Shown in pieces: positions 14,890 through 23,932 of a stretch of DNA of 64,000 bases. How positions within the stretch are numbered: position 1 is the stretch's first letter; every line of letters starts with the position of its first letter. The position numbers and the translations under genes are program-made. The notes under the pieces were generated by a model. It was not told the DNA's origin. It saw only the letters and a list, made by a program, of their open reading frames with translations, and ran no database searches. The stretch lies in assembly GCA_024279865.1 (NCBI GenBank), contig JAJRRC010000109.1, positions 17,513 through 81,512 of the forward strand, read 5' to 3'. The DNA is from Planctomycetota bacterium (GTDB lineage: Bacteria > Planctomycetota > Phycisphaerae > Phycisphaerales > Phycisphaeraceae).

Positions 14890-15957
14890 ATGAACCAATC
14901 AACTTCCCCATCTTCTCCGGACAAAACACCCTCAAGCATCCTGCTACACAGGTTTGTCTTGGTTCTTTTAGCCATGACATTGGTTTTGCTACTGCTTGGC
15001 GGAACGGTCACGAGCCGTGACGCGGGATTGGCGGTTCCGGATTGGCCGACAAGCTATGGCTATAACATGTTCTTGTTCCCCGTTTCCATGTGGAAAGGTG
15101 GAATTTTCTGGGAGCATACCCATCGGCTCTGGGCCAGTGGGGTTGGCATGATGACCATTGTGCTGGCGGTCTGGTTGTGGGTTTCAGAAAAAAAACGACC
15201 TTGGCTACGCTGGTTCGGCGTGGGCATGCTCGCGATGGTCATTGGACAGGGAATTCTAGGCGGTTTACGCGTCACTGAAATTGACTGGCGACTGGGAATC
15301 TTTCATGGCATTTTTGCTCAAATGTATCTCTGTGGCATCGTCATCATTGCCGCTGCGACAGGTCGGGTTTGGCATCGCGATGCCCATCAGCTTGATCTGG
15401 CCCAATTGGCGGGACCACGTCGATGGATCAAAGTGCTACTGGTGGTCATGCTCATTCAATTAAGCCTAGGCTCTGCCATGCGGCACGGCGAAGCAGGCTT
15501 GGCGATTCCAGACTTCCCAACCTTCTATGGCCAATGGTATCCCCCAATGACCCATGAAGCCCTTGAAGAACGACTCCACGAAATCCCCTACGACGAAATC
15601 CATGAACAAACTGAACACGTTCAGCTCTGGCAGGTCCACCTGCACATGGCCCATCGCTTTTGGGCGCTGAGTGTGGTGGTGGCGTTGGTCATCTTGCTCG
15701 GTAGCTTAAAAAATGTTCTGGCGGACAATCGTTCACTGATTGCCCCGAGCTTAACGCTGGCGGGATTGCTGATCGTTCAGCTTGGACTGGGTGTGAGTAT
15801 CATCTGGTCCCAACGCCATCCAGAAATCGCCACCGCCCATCAGATGATCGGTGCGATCATGCTGGCGGTGGCCACCCAACTAGCGATTCGCATTGGACGA
15901 TTAACCCGTGTCCAGCCGATGATGGATACGATACCGACAAGAGGGGTGACAGCATGA
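14890..15957 (+). CDS. ctaA: haem A synthase (COX15/CtaA)
   Basis: Polytopic membrane protein with paired His motifs (WEHTHRLWA, HMAHRFWA). It lies within the cox cluster. Confidence 0.8.
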   Translation: MNQSTSPSSPDKTPSSILLHRFVLVLLAMTLVLLLLGGTVTSRDAGLAVPDWPTSYGYNMFLFPVSMWKGGIFWEHTHRLWASGVGMMTIVLAVWLWVSEKKRPWLRWFGVGMLAMVIGQGILGGLRVTEIDWRLGIFHGIFAQMYLCGIVIIAAATGRVWHRDAHQLDLAQLAGPRRWIKVLLVVMLIQLSLGSAMRHGEAGLAIPDFPTFYGQWYPPMTHEALEERLHEIPYDEIHEQTEHVQLWQVHLHMAHRFWALSVVVALVILLGSLKNVLADNRSLIAPSLTLAGLLIVQLGLGVSIIWSQRHPEIATAHQMIGAIMLAVATQLAIRIGRLTRVQPMMDTIPTRGVTA

Positions 15958-16895
15958 CCCAACTGGCCCCGGACAATTTGATGGCATCAACCCAAATACA
16001 AGATATACCCCGTTTGCCTAGCTTGGCGGACTTTCAAATCCTGACCAAGCCTCGCATCACCGTGTTGGTCATGGTCACTGGCGCGATTGGTTTTTTCATG
16101 GGGGGCTATGCTGAATCGGGCATTGCCTTTTCTGCCAATTGGCCATTGTGGACCTTGATCGGAACCCTCTTGGGAATTGGACTGTCCTGCATGGGCGCTT
16201 GTGCAATCAATCAGGTCATCGAACGCCACACCGACAGCCTCATGCACCGCACGGAAAACCGCCCCCTTCCCATGGGCCGTCTGCATCCAGCCTCGGCCAT
16301 GTGGATCGGCGGTCTCTTATCCATCATGGGAGTCGGAACCTTGTGGTTCGTCGCCAACGGGCTCACCGCTCTGCTCTCGGCTGCCACCATTCTTAGCTAC
16401 AGTTTCATCTATACGCCAATGAAACGGCACAGCAGCTTGTCCACCCTCGTCGGGGCTGTCCCTGGCGCACTTCCTCCAGTCATGGGGGCTGCGGCCATCT
16501 CCGGACGCATCGGAACTGAAGCCATACTCCTGTTTGCCATCATGTTCCTCTGGCAGTTGCCTCACTTTTTAGCCATTGCCTGGCTATACCGTGAAGACTA
16601 CGCCCGTGCGGGGATTCAGGTTTTACCCGTCGAAGACCGTGATGGCCAAAGCACCTTCCGACAAGCCGTCCTCGGATCAGCCGTCTTACTGCCACTGGGC
16701 TTGCTTCCGACCATGATGGGGATCACCGGCACGACCTGCTTTTTTGGCGCATTGGCCTTGGGTGTTGGGTTTTTAATCAGTAATTTATGGATGGCCTTCA
16801 AACAAAATCGGCAAAGTGCCCGAATCTCTTTTTTCGCATCGTTGATCTATTTGCCTGCCGTTTTTTGTTTTATGCTCGCAGACCAAATCGTCTAA
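15954..16895 (+). CDS. ctaB: protohaem IX farnesyltransferase (haem O synthase)
   Basis: UbiA-family motif NQVIERHTDSLMHRTENRPLPMG. It overlaps ctaA by 4 nt. Confidence 0.85.
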   Translation: MTQLAPDNLMASTQIQDIPRLPSLADFQILTKPRITVLVMVTGAIGFFMGGYAESGIAFSANWPLWTLIGTLLGIGLSCMGACAINQVIERHTDSLMHRTENRPLPMGRLHPASAMWIGGLLSIMGVGTLWFVANGLTALLSAATILSYSFIYTPMKRHSSLSTLVGAVPGALPPVMGAAAISGRIGTEAILLFAIMFLWQLPHFLAIAWLYREDYARAGIQVLPVEDRDGQSTFRQAVLGSAVLLPLGLLPTMMGITGTTCFFGALALGVGFLISNLWMAFKQNRQSARISFFASLIYLPAVFCFMLADQIV

Positions 16896-16913
16896 TCAAT
16901 AGGAATTTGATCT

Positions 16914-17558
16914 ATGTCCCAAACCGCCTCTCATTCGCATAACGATCCGCCCGCTGCTCCTGAAGAAGATATCATTGCTCACGGGACGGTTCTGCAAACA
17001 GGTATCCATAACGGCAAAATGGCCATGTGGCTGTTCCTCGGATCAGAAATCATGTTCTTCACCGGCCTCATCGGTGCGTACATCGTCGAACGCTTCGGCC
17101 AAGGTGTTGATAACTGGCCAGACCCCGCCCAAGCCCTCAATGTTCCGCTCACCGCAGCGAACACCTTCCTGTTGATTTGCTCCAGCGTGACCCTCGTCTG
17201 GGGATTGCAAAATATCCAACTGGGCAATCGCAGCAAAGGCAGTTGGGGGTTACTCCTGACCACGCTTCTGGGAGCGATGTTCGTCGGTGTCCAAATTTAT
17301 GAATATGTCGAACTCTATGCCACGGGCTTGACCCCCGATGTGAACATCTTCGGAAGCTGCTTCTATCTGATGACCAGCTTCCATGGCCTGCACGTTTTCC
17401 TCGGCGTTGTGGCCTTGGCGGTCTTGACCGTCATGAGCTTCAAAGGAAAATTCGGACCCGAATACCACCAGCACGCTGCGGTCGAACTGGTCGGCCTGTA
17501 CTGGCATTTTGTCGACCTCGTCTGGATCATTCTCTTCGCCATCGTCTACCTCATGTAG
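16914..17558 (+). CDS. ctaE: cytochrome c oxidase subunit III
   Basis: 214 aa with multiple TM helices and a typical COX3 C-terminus (LYWHFVDLVWIILF). Confidence 0.85.
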   Translation: MSQTASHSHNDPPAAPEEDIIAHGTVLQTGIHNGKMAMWLFLGSEIMFFTGLIGAYIVERFGQGVDNWPDPAQALNVPLTAANTFLLICSSVTLVWGLQNIQLGNRSKGSWGLLLTTLLGAMFVGVQIYEYVELYATGLTPDVNIFGSCFYLMTSFHGLHVFLGVVALAVLTVMSFKGKFGPEYHQHAAVELVGLYWHFVDLVWIILFAIVYLM

Positions 17559-17567
17559 GATAAGCCC

Positions 17568-17972
17568 ATGAATCAATCCGCCAAAAATCATCATCCAATT
17601 AATATAAAAAACTGTTTTATCATTCTTCTGGCCTTGACGGCAGGGGAAGTGGCCTTGTTTGAAATCTGGTCACAAACAGCGTTTGTCCCCAAATATGTCA
17701 TGGTTCTAATGCTCCTGGTCTTGACACTTCCCAAGGCTGCAGTTGTCATGATCTACTTTATGCACTTAAAATTTGAGAAACAATTTGTGATCGCTTTAGC
17801 GATCTTCCCGATGATCCTGGTTTTCATTTGTGTCTTGCCAACCCTTTGGGATGCAGTTCGTTTGCATAACGTTGGAAAATCACAAAACCATGTCATCGGC
17901 CTCAAAGATTGGACTCCACCCAATGGACACAGCCACGCTCGAAAAACAGACGACCCCACAGTCAGCCACTGA
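17568..17972 (+). CDS. ctaF: cytochrome c oxidase subunit IV (prokaryotic caa3/aa3 type)
   Basis: Small three-TM protein immediately after ctaE. It has a hydrophilic C-terminal tail. Confidence 0.6.
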   Translation: MNQSAKNHHPINIKNCFIILLALTAGEVALFEIWSQTAFVPKYVMVLMLLVLTLPKAAVVMIYFMHLKFEKQFVIALAIFPMILVFICVLPTLWDAVRLHNVGKSQNHVIGLKDWTPPNGHSHARKTDDPTVSH

Positions 17973-18936
17973 AGCACTTCGCGTAACAGACCTGACGCAT
18001 CACTATCCCAAACGACGCGGGGAAAATGCGCCCCAAGCGGATCGGCCCGCACTGAAAAACCTATCCTTCACCGTCAACACCGGTGAAATCTTCGGCATCC
18101 TCGGACCCAACGGCGGAGGGAAAACCACCCTCTTCAAAATCATTGCCACCCTATTGCGACCCACCGAAGGAACCGTCACCGTCAGTGGACATGATGCCAT
18201 CAAAGACCCCAGACTCGTCCGCCAACATCTAGGCGTGGTCTTTCAGTCCCCAAGCCTAGACCTCAAACTCACCGCATCTGAAAACCTCATGCACCACGGC
18301 CATCTCTATGGCATCACCGGCAAAGACCTTCAAGATCGACAAGCCCACGCACTCGACCGCGTGGGCCTCACCGACCGAGCCCATGACTTTGTTGAAACCT
18401 TCAGTGGCGGCATGAGACGACGGGTCGAAATCGCCAAGGCCATGCTCCATCAACCCAGAGTCCTGCTCCTTGATGAACCAGACACCGGGCTGGACCCTTC
18501 TGCCAGGCGAGACCTGTGGCAACACCTCAAAACACTGCGAAATGATTTCGGCGTGACGGTCCTCATGACCACCCATCTGATGGAAGAAGCTCAGAAATGT
18601 GACCGCCTCGCCATCGTCAACAAAGGGCAACTTGTCGCATTGGATACCCCCGACAATCTCAAAAGCCATATCGGCGGCGACGTGATCACCATCCACACGA
18701 CCCACCCAAGCGAATTGGTCACTCAAATTGCAGAGCAATTCAAGATGCAGCCTGACAGTGATGAACTAAAAGTCCGCGAAGACCACATCCTTGTTGAACA
18801 TCCTGATGGGCCAGCTATGGTGGCTCAACTAGGCGCTCTTTTTGGAAAGGAAATCCAACGCATCACCGTCGGTCGCCCGACCCTTGAAGACGTTTTCGTT
18901 CACATGACAGGCGATACACTCAGCGATGCCAGCTAA
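17923..18936 (+). CDS. ABC transporter ATP-binding protein (ABC-2/CcmA-like); no permease adjacent
   Basis: Walker A GPNGGGKTT, signature FSGGMRRR and Walker B LLLDEPDTGLD. The start was chosen at ATG 17923, about 18 aa before the first conserved strand, and overlaps ctaF by about 50 nt. Confidence 0.8.
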   Translation: MDTATLEKQTTPQSATEALRVTDLTHHYPKRRGENAPQADRPALKNLSFTVNTGEIFGILGPNGGGKTTLFKIIATLLRPTEGTVTVSGHDAIKDPRLVRQHLGVVFQSPSLDLKLTASENLMHHGHLYGITGKDLQDRQAHALDRVGLTDRAHDFVETFSGGMRRRVEIAKAMLHQPRVLLLDEPDTGLDPSARRDLWQHLKTLRNDFGVTVLMTTHLMEEAQKCDRLAIVNKGQLVALDTPDNLKSHIGGDVITIHTTHPSELVTQIAEQFKMQPDSDELKVREDHILVEHPDGPAMVAQLGALFGKEIQRITVGRPTLEDVFVHMTGDTLSDAS

Positions 18937-18965
18937 AGCGTGTTGCCTCATTTTTTGCCCCCTCT

Positions 18966-19010
18966 TAGACGCGCACGTAGTATGCGTGCGGCTACTTTTC
19001 AAACGGCCCA
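18966..19010 (+). repeat. REP/terminator-like hairpin element, copy R1
   Basis: agacgcgcacg-tagtatg-cgtgcggctacttttcaaacgg lies 30 nt after the ABC ATPase stop. Confidence 0.7.
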
Positions 19011-19169
19011 CCTAGTCAGAGGCCGTAAGAAATGATGCAAAATGCTCTAACGTAATAGCCTTTCACAAAAATAAGACGCGGCAAATAATCGTGCAAAAGA
19101 CGCAATCACAACGCCGAAGAGTCGGATTCCTACCCAACGCGACCGTTGGATTGATGACGCATTGACGTG

Positions 19170-19210
19170 GGTTGCCCGTTTGAAAAACAGCCACGCGCGA
19201 GCTGTTTACG
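19170..19210 (-). repeat. degenerate inverted copy of the REP/terminator-like element (R2)
   Basis: The minus strand reads aaacagc-tcgcgcgtg-gctgtttttcaaacgggcaacccac. It shares the TTTTCAAACGG tail with R1. Confidence 0.45.
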
Positions 19211-19380
19211 CCTCAACCAAACCCCCAAGCCTGTTTCAACAGGTGCATCCCCAAGGCCACCTTGTTACCATAAAGACAATCAAGAACGTGAAGGTCCGCA
19301 TCATTTGAGCCCTCCGGTGATGTCGTTCCTTGTTGTACTTCATGTTCTTCCTCTTGATTTTCCTTCCACCCTTGGGGCTC

Positions 19381-21375
19381 ATGCCCATGACCACCACGCC
19401 GGTACAATCTGATTTGGCTCTTTGGACGACGCTTCGCACGCGTCGTCGTCATGTGGAGCAGTTGCGTGGGATTGACGCGATGGCGGGTCGTTGGATCACG
19501 CGGACGAAGCATTCGCGTAAGGGGATGTCTTTTCTCAATGAGCAGGCGGATCATGTTTTGGCTTTGGGGGATCAATGGAAAGATTACACTGAAGATCAGC
19601 TTGATGAACGGGTGATGGATATTCGTCAGATTTTTGCTCGCCGCGACTATACCGACGCGCATGTGGTGGTGGCGATGGCGGCCATTCGGGAAGTGGCTCG
19701 CCGAGAGCTTGGGGAATATCCGTACAAGGTTCAGGTCATGGGGGCGATGGGTTTGTTTCATGGCCAAATTGTGGAAATGGTCACCGGTGAGGGTAAGACG
19801 TTGACAGCCGCCTTGGGCGCGAGTTTGCTGGCGTGGCTACGACGGCCGATCCATGTGGTGACGGTGAATGATTATTTGGCTCAGCGTGATGCGGACACCC
19901 GCAAGCCGATTTATCGCCGTTGTGGGTTGGCAGCTCAGGGGATTGTCAGTGATACCCCGCCTGAGGAACGTCAATCGTTGTATCGTTTGCCGATTGTGTA
20001 TTTGACACAGAAGGAATTGGTCGCTGATTGGCTCAAGGATCAACTGAAGCTGGGTCGAATTGTGGACCCGGTTTCTGCACGTTGGCGTTCGTATGCCATG
20101 GCGGGCGGTTCAAAGGCTTCGCAGGGCGTGATGATCCCGGGCTTGTTTGTGGCCTTGGTGGATGAACTCGATGCGGTGTTGATTGACGAAGCGGTCACGC
20201 CGTTGATTATCGCTCAGGCCCGGGGTGCTGACAGTCAAGGCGAGTTGTACCTGCGTGCCCGTGAGTTAGCGATGCAGCTTGTCCCCAATGAGCACTTTGT
20301 GGTGGACTTGCGGAAGCGACGTGTGAAGCTGACTGAAGAAGGTCGCTATCAGGCAGAAGATTTGCTCGGCGAGCAGGATGATATTTTCAAACGTTCTCCC
20401 CGCCGACGTGAGGAGATGTTGGAGCAGGCGTTGGTGGCGGAGCATTGTTATTTGATTGGCGACCAGTATCAGGTAGTCGAAGACGAAATTGTGATTGTCG
20501 ATGAATACACGGGTCGCTTCATGGAAGACCGTCAGTGGCAACACGGGCTGCATCAGGCAGTCGAAGCCAAGCATGCTTTGGAAGTCACCGAAGACCGTGA
20601 CACACTGGCGAGCCTGAGTTTTCAGCGGTTTTTCAAGCAATACCCTCATCTTTGTGGCATGACAGGCACTGCCGCCGAGGCCATTGCCGAATTGGAAGCG
20701 ACTTATAGTTTGCCTGTCCGGGTGATTCCGACCAATCGGCCGATGCAACGAAAAATGTTACCTGATTTGATTTTCGCGCGTTCTGAAGATCGCTGGACTG
20801 CTGTCGCCCAAGAAGTGCGACAAATGCACCAGCAAGGACGGCCCGTCCTCATCGGAACCCGGTCCATTGAGTCCTCTGAACAACTCAGTGAACTACTCAC
20901 CAAGCAAGGACTCGAACATCAAATCCTCAATGCAGTCCACCATGAAGAAGAAGCTCCCATCGTCGCCAAGGCTGGGCAACTTGGCGCGATTACCGTCGCT
21001 ACGAATATGGCTGGACGCGGAACCGACATCAAGCTCGGCAAAGGTGTCACCGATATCGGTGGACTCCATGTGATCCTCACCGAACGCCACACCGCTCGAC
21101 GGGTCGACCGCCAACTCTACGGCCGCTCCGGTCGTCAGGGAGACCCAGGCTCCGCTCGCAATATTGTCAGCCTTGAAGATGAACTACTCATCAAATTTTC
21201 AGGCAAACTTTCAGCAGCCCTGCGAACGAGGTTTGCCGCCCGCCACACCCCGCTGCCAGCATGGACCAAAAGAGTCTTTGATCGGGCACAACGCAAAGCC
21301 CAAAACCAAGCCTTCAAAAGTCGAGCCCAAGTCCTTCGCCAAGATGAAGAACTCGACCGCACCTTGCCACGATAA
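19381..21375 (+). CDS. SecA-family ATPase paralogue, C-terminally truncated (~665 aa)
   Basis: MVTGEGKTLTAAL, VVTVNDYLAQRDA, LVDELDAVLIDEAVTPLII, TNMAGRGTDIKLG and RQLYGRSGRQGDPG are present. The protein ends after the first HSD helix. The start is uncertain (19330 TTG, 19381 or 19387 ATG). Confidence 0.8.
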   Translation: MPMTTTPVQSDLALWTTLRTRRRHVEQLRGIDAMAGRWITRTKHSRKGMSFLNEQADHVLALGDQWKDYTEDQLDERVMDIRQIFARRDYTDAHVVVAMAAIREVARRELGEYPYKVQVMGAMGLFHGQIVEMVTGEGKTLTAALGASLLAWLRRPIHVVTVNDYLAQRDADTRKPIYRRCGLAAQGIVSDTPPEERQSLYRLPIVYLTQKELVADWLKDQLKLGRIVDPVSARWRSYAMAGGSKASQGVMIPGLFVALVDELDAVLIDEAVTPLIIAQARGADSQGELYLRARELAMQLVPNEHFVVDLRKRRVKLTEEGRYQAEDLLGEQDDIFKRSPRRREEMLEQALVAEHCYLIGDQYQVVEDEIVIVDEYTGRFMEDRQWQHGLHQAVEAKHALEVTEDRDTLASLSFQRFFKQYPHLCGMTGTAAEAIAELEATYSLPVRVIPTNRPMQRKMLPDLIFARSEDRWTAVAQEVRQMHQQGRPVLIGTRSIESSEQLSELLTKQGLEHQILNAVHHEEEAPIVAKAGQLGAITVATNMAGRGTDIKLGKGVTDIGGLHVILTERHTARRVDRQLYGRSGRQGDPGSARNIVSLEDELLIKFSGKLSAALRTRFAARHTPLPAWTKRVFDRAQRKAQNQAFKSRAQVLRQDEELDRTLPR

Positions 21376-21473
21376 CCGCAAAGCACCCCCCTACCAAATT
21401 AAACACTGAACCATGATTTTTATCATTGCTCCATGCCCCACACACGTCTATTTAACATGTATAATAATGGGTT

Positions 21474-22907
21474 ATGAGTACGCAACCCAATATTTTATTG
21501 TTTTTGACCGATGACCATGGCGCCTGGGCCTCTGGATGCTACGGCAACACCGAACTGCAAACCCCGGCCATGGACCGCTTGGCTGCTGAAGGCACCCGAT
21601 TTACCAATGCTTTAACCCCAAGCCCCGTCTGCTCGCCTGCAAGAGCTTGTCTGCTGACGGGCCGAACGCCCTCCCAAGTTGGAATTCATGACTGGCTCCA
21701 GGAATCACACGAAGAAATCGCCAACCATAACTGGCTTGCCGATGAAATCACCTTGCCTCAGATCCTTGGCAAAGCTGGCTACTATTGTGCATTAAGCGGC
21801 AAGTGGCATCTGGGCGGTTCGCATCAAACACCCCCGGGCTTTGATGATACGTTTGGATTGCCTGGCGCTCAGGGATCGCACAACACGCCCAATACCTATG
21901 TCCTGAACAATCAACCCCTACAAGCAGATGGCAATAAAAGCCAGCACATCACCGATCATGCCATCGACTTCCTGGAACAGGCTCCCAAAGACAAACCCTT
22001 TTTCCTGAACGTCGGCTACATTGCGACCCATTCACCCTATGAAGCCAAAGCACACGATCCTCAACTGACCCACCTCTATGAGGAGGCAACCTTTTCAGAT
22101 ATTCCGCCTTACCATCCGCACCCTTGGCATCAAAATGAAGGACTCTCAGGCGGACGCCATGCAGACCCCAAGGATCTGCGGTCTCGATACCAAGGGTACT
22201 ATGCAGCCGTCACTGAAATTGATCGAAACATTCAACGCATCACAGACTACCTCGAACAAACAGGCCAACTGGACAACACCATCATCATCTATACCAGCGA
22301 TCATGGCTGCGCGTTGGGCCATCAAGGATTCTGGGGCAAAGGCAATTCCACACGCCCTTTGAACATGTACGAAGTCTCCCTCAAAGTTCCCCTGATCATC
22401 CGATATCCAAAAAGCATTGCCCCAGGCCACGTCGAAGACCGGGCCGTCGATCATTACGATACTTTCCAAAGTATCTGTCAATGGGCTGGCGTGGATCTAT
22501 CGACCCCCGAATATGCAGACCGAGCTTATCCGGGCAATCACTACTTACCCTTGATTCAAAACAACCCAGACAACACCTTCCAATGGGACCAGACCAAGTA
22601 CGGCGAGTACGGCGACTTGCGGATGATCCGCACGCCACAATACAAATACGTCAAGCGATATCCCCAAGGCCCCTACGACTTATTCAACCTACAAGAAGAT
22701 CCAAACGAAATGCTCAACCGCGCAGGCTGGGACCATGAAGCAAACGCACAACAACAACTCGATGCGCAATTGACCCAGTGGTACAGCCAATACGAATCAG
22801 ACCAACACACAGGACTCAAGGTCAAACAAGCTCGACAGCATAATTATGGTTGTGAGGCATGGCGTGACGGCCGCCGAGAAAAACGCGGCCTACAAGTTTA
22901 CGATTAA
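21474..22907 (+). CDS. sulfatase (arylsulfatase A family)
   Basis: LLFLTDDHG and the formylglycine motif CSPARACLLTGR. Confidence 0.9.
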   Translation: MSTQPNILLFLTDDHGAWASGCYGNTELQTPAMDRLAAEGTRFTNALTPSPVCSPARACLLTGRTPSQVGIHDWLQESHEEIANHNWLADEITLPQILGKAGYYCALSGKWHLGGSHQTPPGFDDTFGLPGAQGSHNTPNTYVLNNQPLQADGNKSQHITDHAIDFLEQAPKDKPFFLNVGYIATHSPYEAKAHDPQLTHLYEEATFSDIPPYHPHPWHQNEGLSGGRHADPKDLRSRYQGYYAAVTEIDRNIQRITDYLEQTGQLDNTIIIYTSDHGCALGHQGFWGKGNSTRPLNMYEVSLKVPLIIRYPKSIAPGHVEDRAVDHYDTFQSICQWAGVDLSTPEYADRAYPGNHYLPLIQNNPDNTFQWDQTKYGEYGDLRMIRTPQYKYVKRYPQGPYDLFNLQEDPNEMLNRAGWDHEANAQQQLDAQLTQWYSQYESDQHTGLKVKQARQHNYGCEAWRDGRREKRGLQVYD

Positions 22908-22950
22908 CCCCCACCCCCACCCCCACCCCCGGCTTCCCCCGACTTCCCCC
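22908..22950. repeat. C5-tract repeat: (CCCCCA)3-CCCCC followed by GGCTTCCCCCGACTTCCCCC
   Basis: It starts directly after the sulfatase TAA stop. The complementary strand is GGGGGTGGGGGTGGGGGTGGGGG. Confidence 0.9.
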
Positions 22951-22977
22951 GGACGCGCACGCTGTAAGCGTGCGGCT
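22951..22977 (+). repeat. REP/terminator-like hairpin element, copy R3
   Basis: ggacgcgcacgc-tgtaa-gcgtgcggct is the exact reverse complement of 27972-27998. Confidence 0.85.
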
Positions 22978-23110
22978 GTGGCAAAGTCGGATTCATTTAA
23001 CCGCTACAGATAAAATCATCATGCTCTATCAAGATGAGTGCCCATGAGCTAAGCGTCCTTTCTTGGAATCAAACCACAGAACACCCTCACCAACAGCATT
23101 GCGGTGATTT

Positions 23111-23791
23111 TTATTTCAATTTTTGTGGAACCATACCCGCAGCCGGCCCGGGGACAATGCCATAGTGGCGTAGACGGCTGGCAATTTCTTGATTGTCAGG
23201 GTTGATCCAATGAGCCCGTCGCAGTGCATCAATGACCTTGGCCTTGTCACCAATCTGTTCGTAAAAAGCCACCATCGCGATATAGGGTTCTGCATCATGA
23301 TCGTCTGCAAACTGAGCTGCTTTGAGATACGCAATGTGGGCTTGATCAATTTCACCTAGTTTGACGAGGTAATTGGCTTGCCTTAGGAAGTCACTGCTCT
23401 GGCCATAAGTTTGAGTTGCGTCTTGGAGCATGGTCCGCAAGGCAAGTGAACGATGCTGCTCAAACAAACATTGAGCAAGACTGTCAAGCCACGTTGAACG
23501 CAACGCATGGTCCGGCTGAATACTCAAAACCCGTTCATAGGCATGTTGAGCATCAATCCATTGCTGCTGCTTCGTGTAATATTTGGCCATGTACGCCAAG
23601 GCTCGCCAGTCGGTGGGGTTTTGCTTCAAGGCCTGTTGGTACAAAGCCACCGCTGCGGGTTGGTCCGAACGACGCAACGCATCCACCGCTCTGGATCGCA
23701 AAATCGCATTGGTCGGTTGACAGCCTGTCAGAATCGACAGCCCCAGAAAAACGGCGATCACTACCCACAAACTTGTTCGGTTATGATACAT
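23111..23791 (-). CDS. TPR-repeat lipoprotein
   Basis: The N-terminus is a signal sequence with lipobox LSILTGC, followed by TPR-like repeats. The start is set at the internal ATG (MYHNRTSLWVV). Confidence 0.65.
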   Translation of the reverse strand: MYHNRTSLWVVIAVFLGLSILTGCQPTNAILRSRAVDALRRSDQPAAVALYQQALKQNPTDWRALAYMAKYYTKQQQWIDAQHAYERVLSIQPDHALRSTWLDSLAQCLFEQHRSLALRTMLQDATQTYGQSSDFLRQANYLVKLGEIDQAHIAYLKAAQFADDHDAEPYIAMVAFYEQIGDKAKVIDALRRAHWINPDNQEIASRLRHYGIVPGPAAGMVPQKLK

Positions 23792-23864
23792 TCGGTTGAT
23801 CCTTATTCTTTCAATGGTATGCCAATCGCGATTGAATTTTCCGTTTGCTTGTGTGCGCATCATG

Positions 23865-23925
23865 TTTTTTCAAGCATCGCGTCCAAACGGTTTTCATCGC
23901 AGGAATTCTCATACCCGATGGGTAT
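23865..23925 (+). repeat. conserved ~55-nt 5' intergenic element, copy b
   Basis: ttttttcaagcatcgcgtccaaacggttttcatcgcaggaattctcatacccgatgggtat is about 85% identical to copy c. Confidence 0.7.
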
Positions 23926-23932
23926 AAACACG

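Noticed and set aside
17830-17922. The longest-ORF start for the ABC ATPase
   Set aside because: That start would overlap ctaF by 143 nt and add a Cys/Phe-rich leader that does not look like an ABC N-terminus. The ATG at 17923 gives the usual spacing before the first beta-strand.
23507-23917. The 5' two-thirds of the 273-aa ORF 23507-24328
   Set aside because: This part is antisense to the TPR lipoprotein gene. Only the distal part, from ATG 23933 (or 23918), carries the LigD_N-like motifs.
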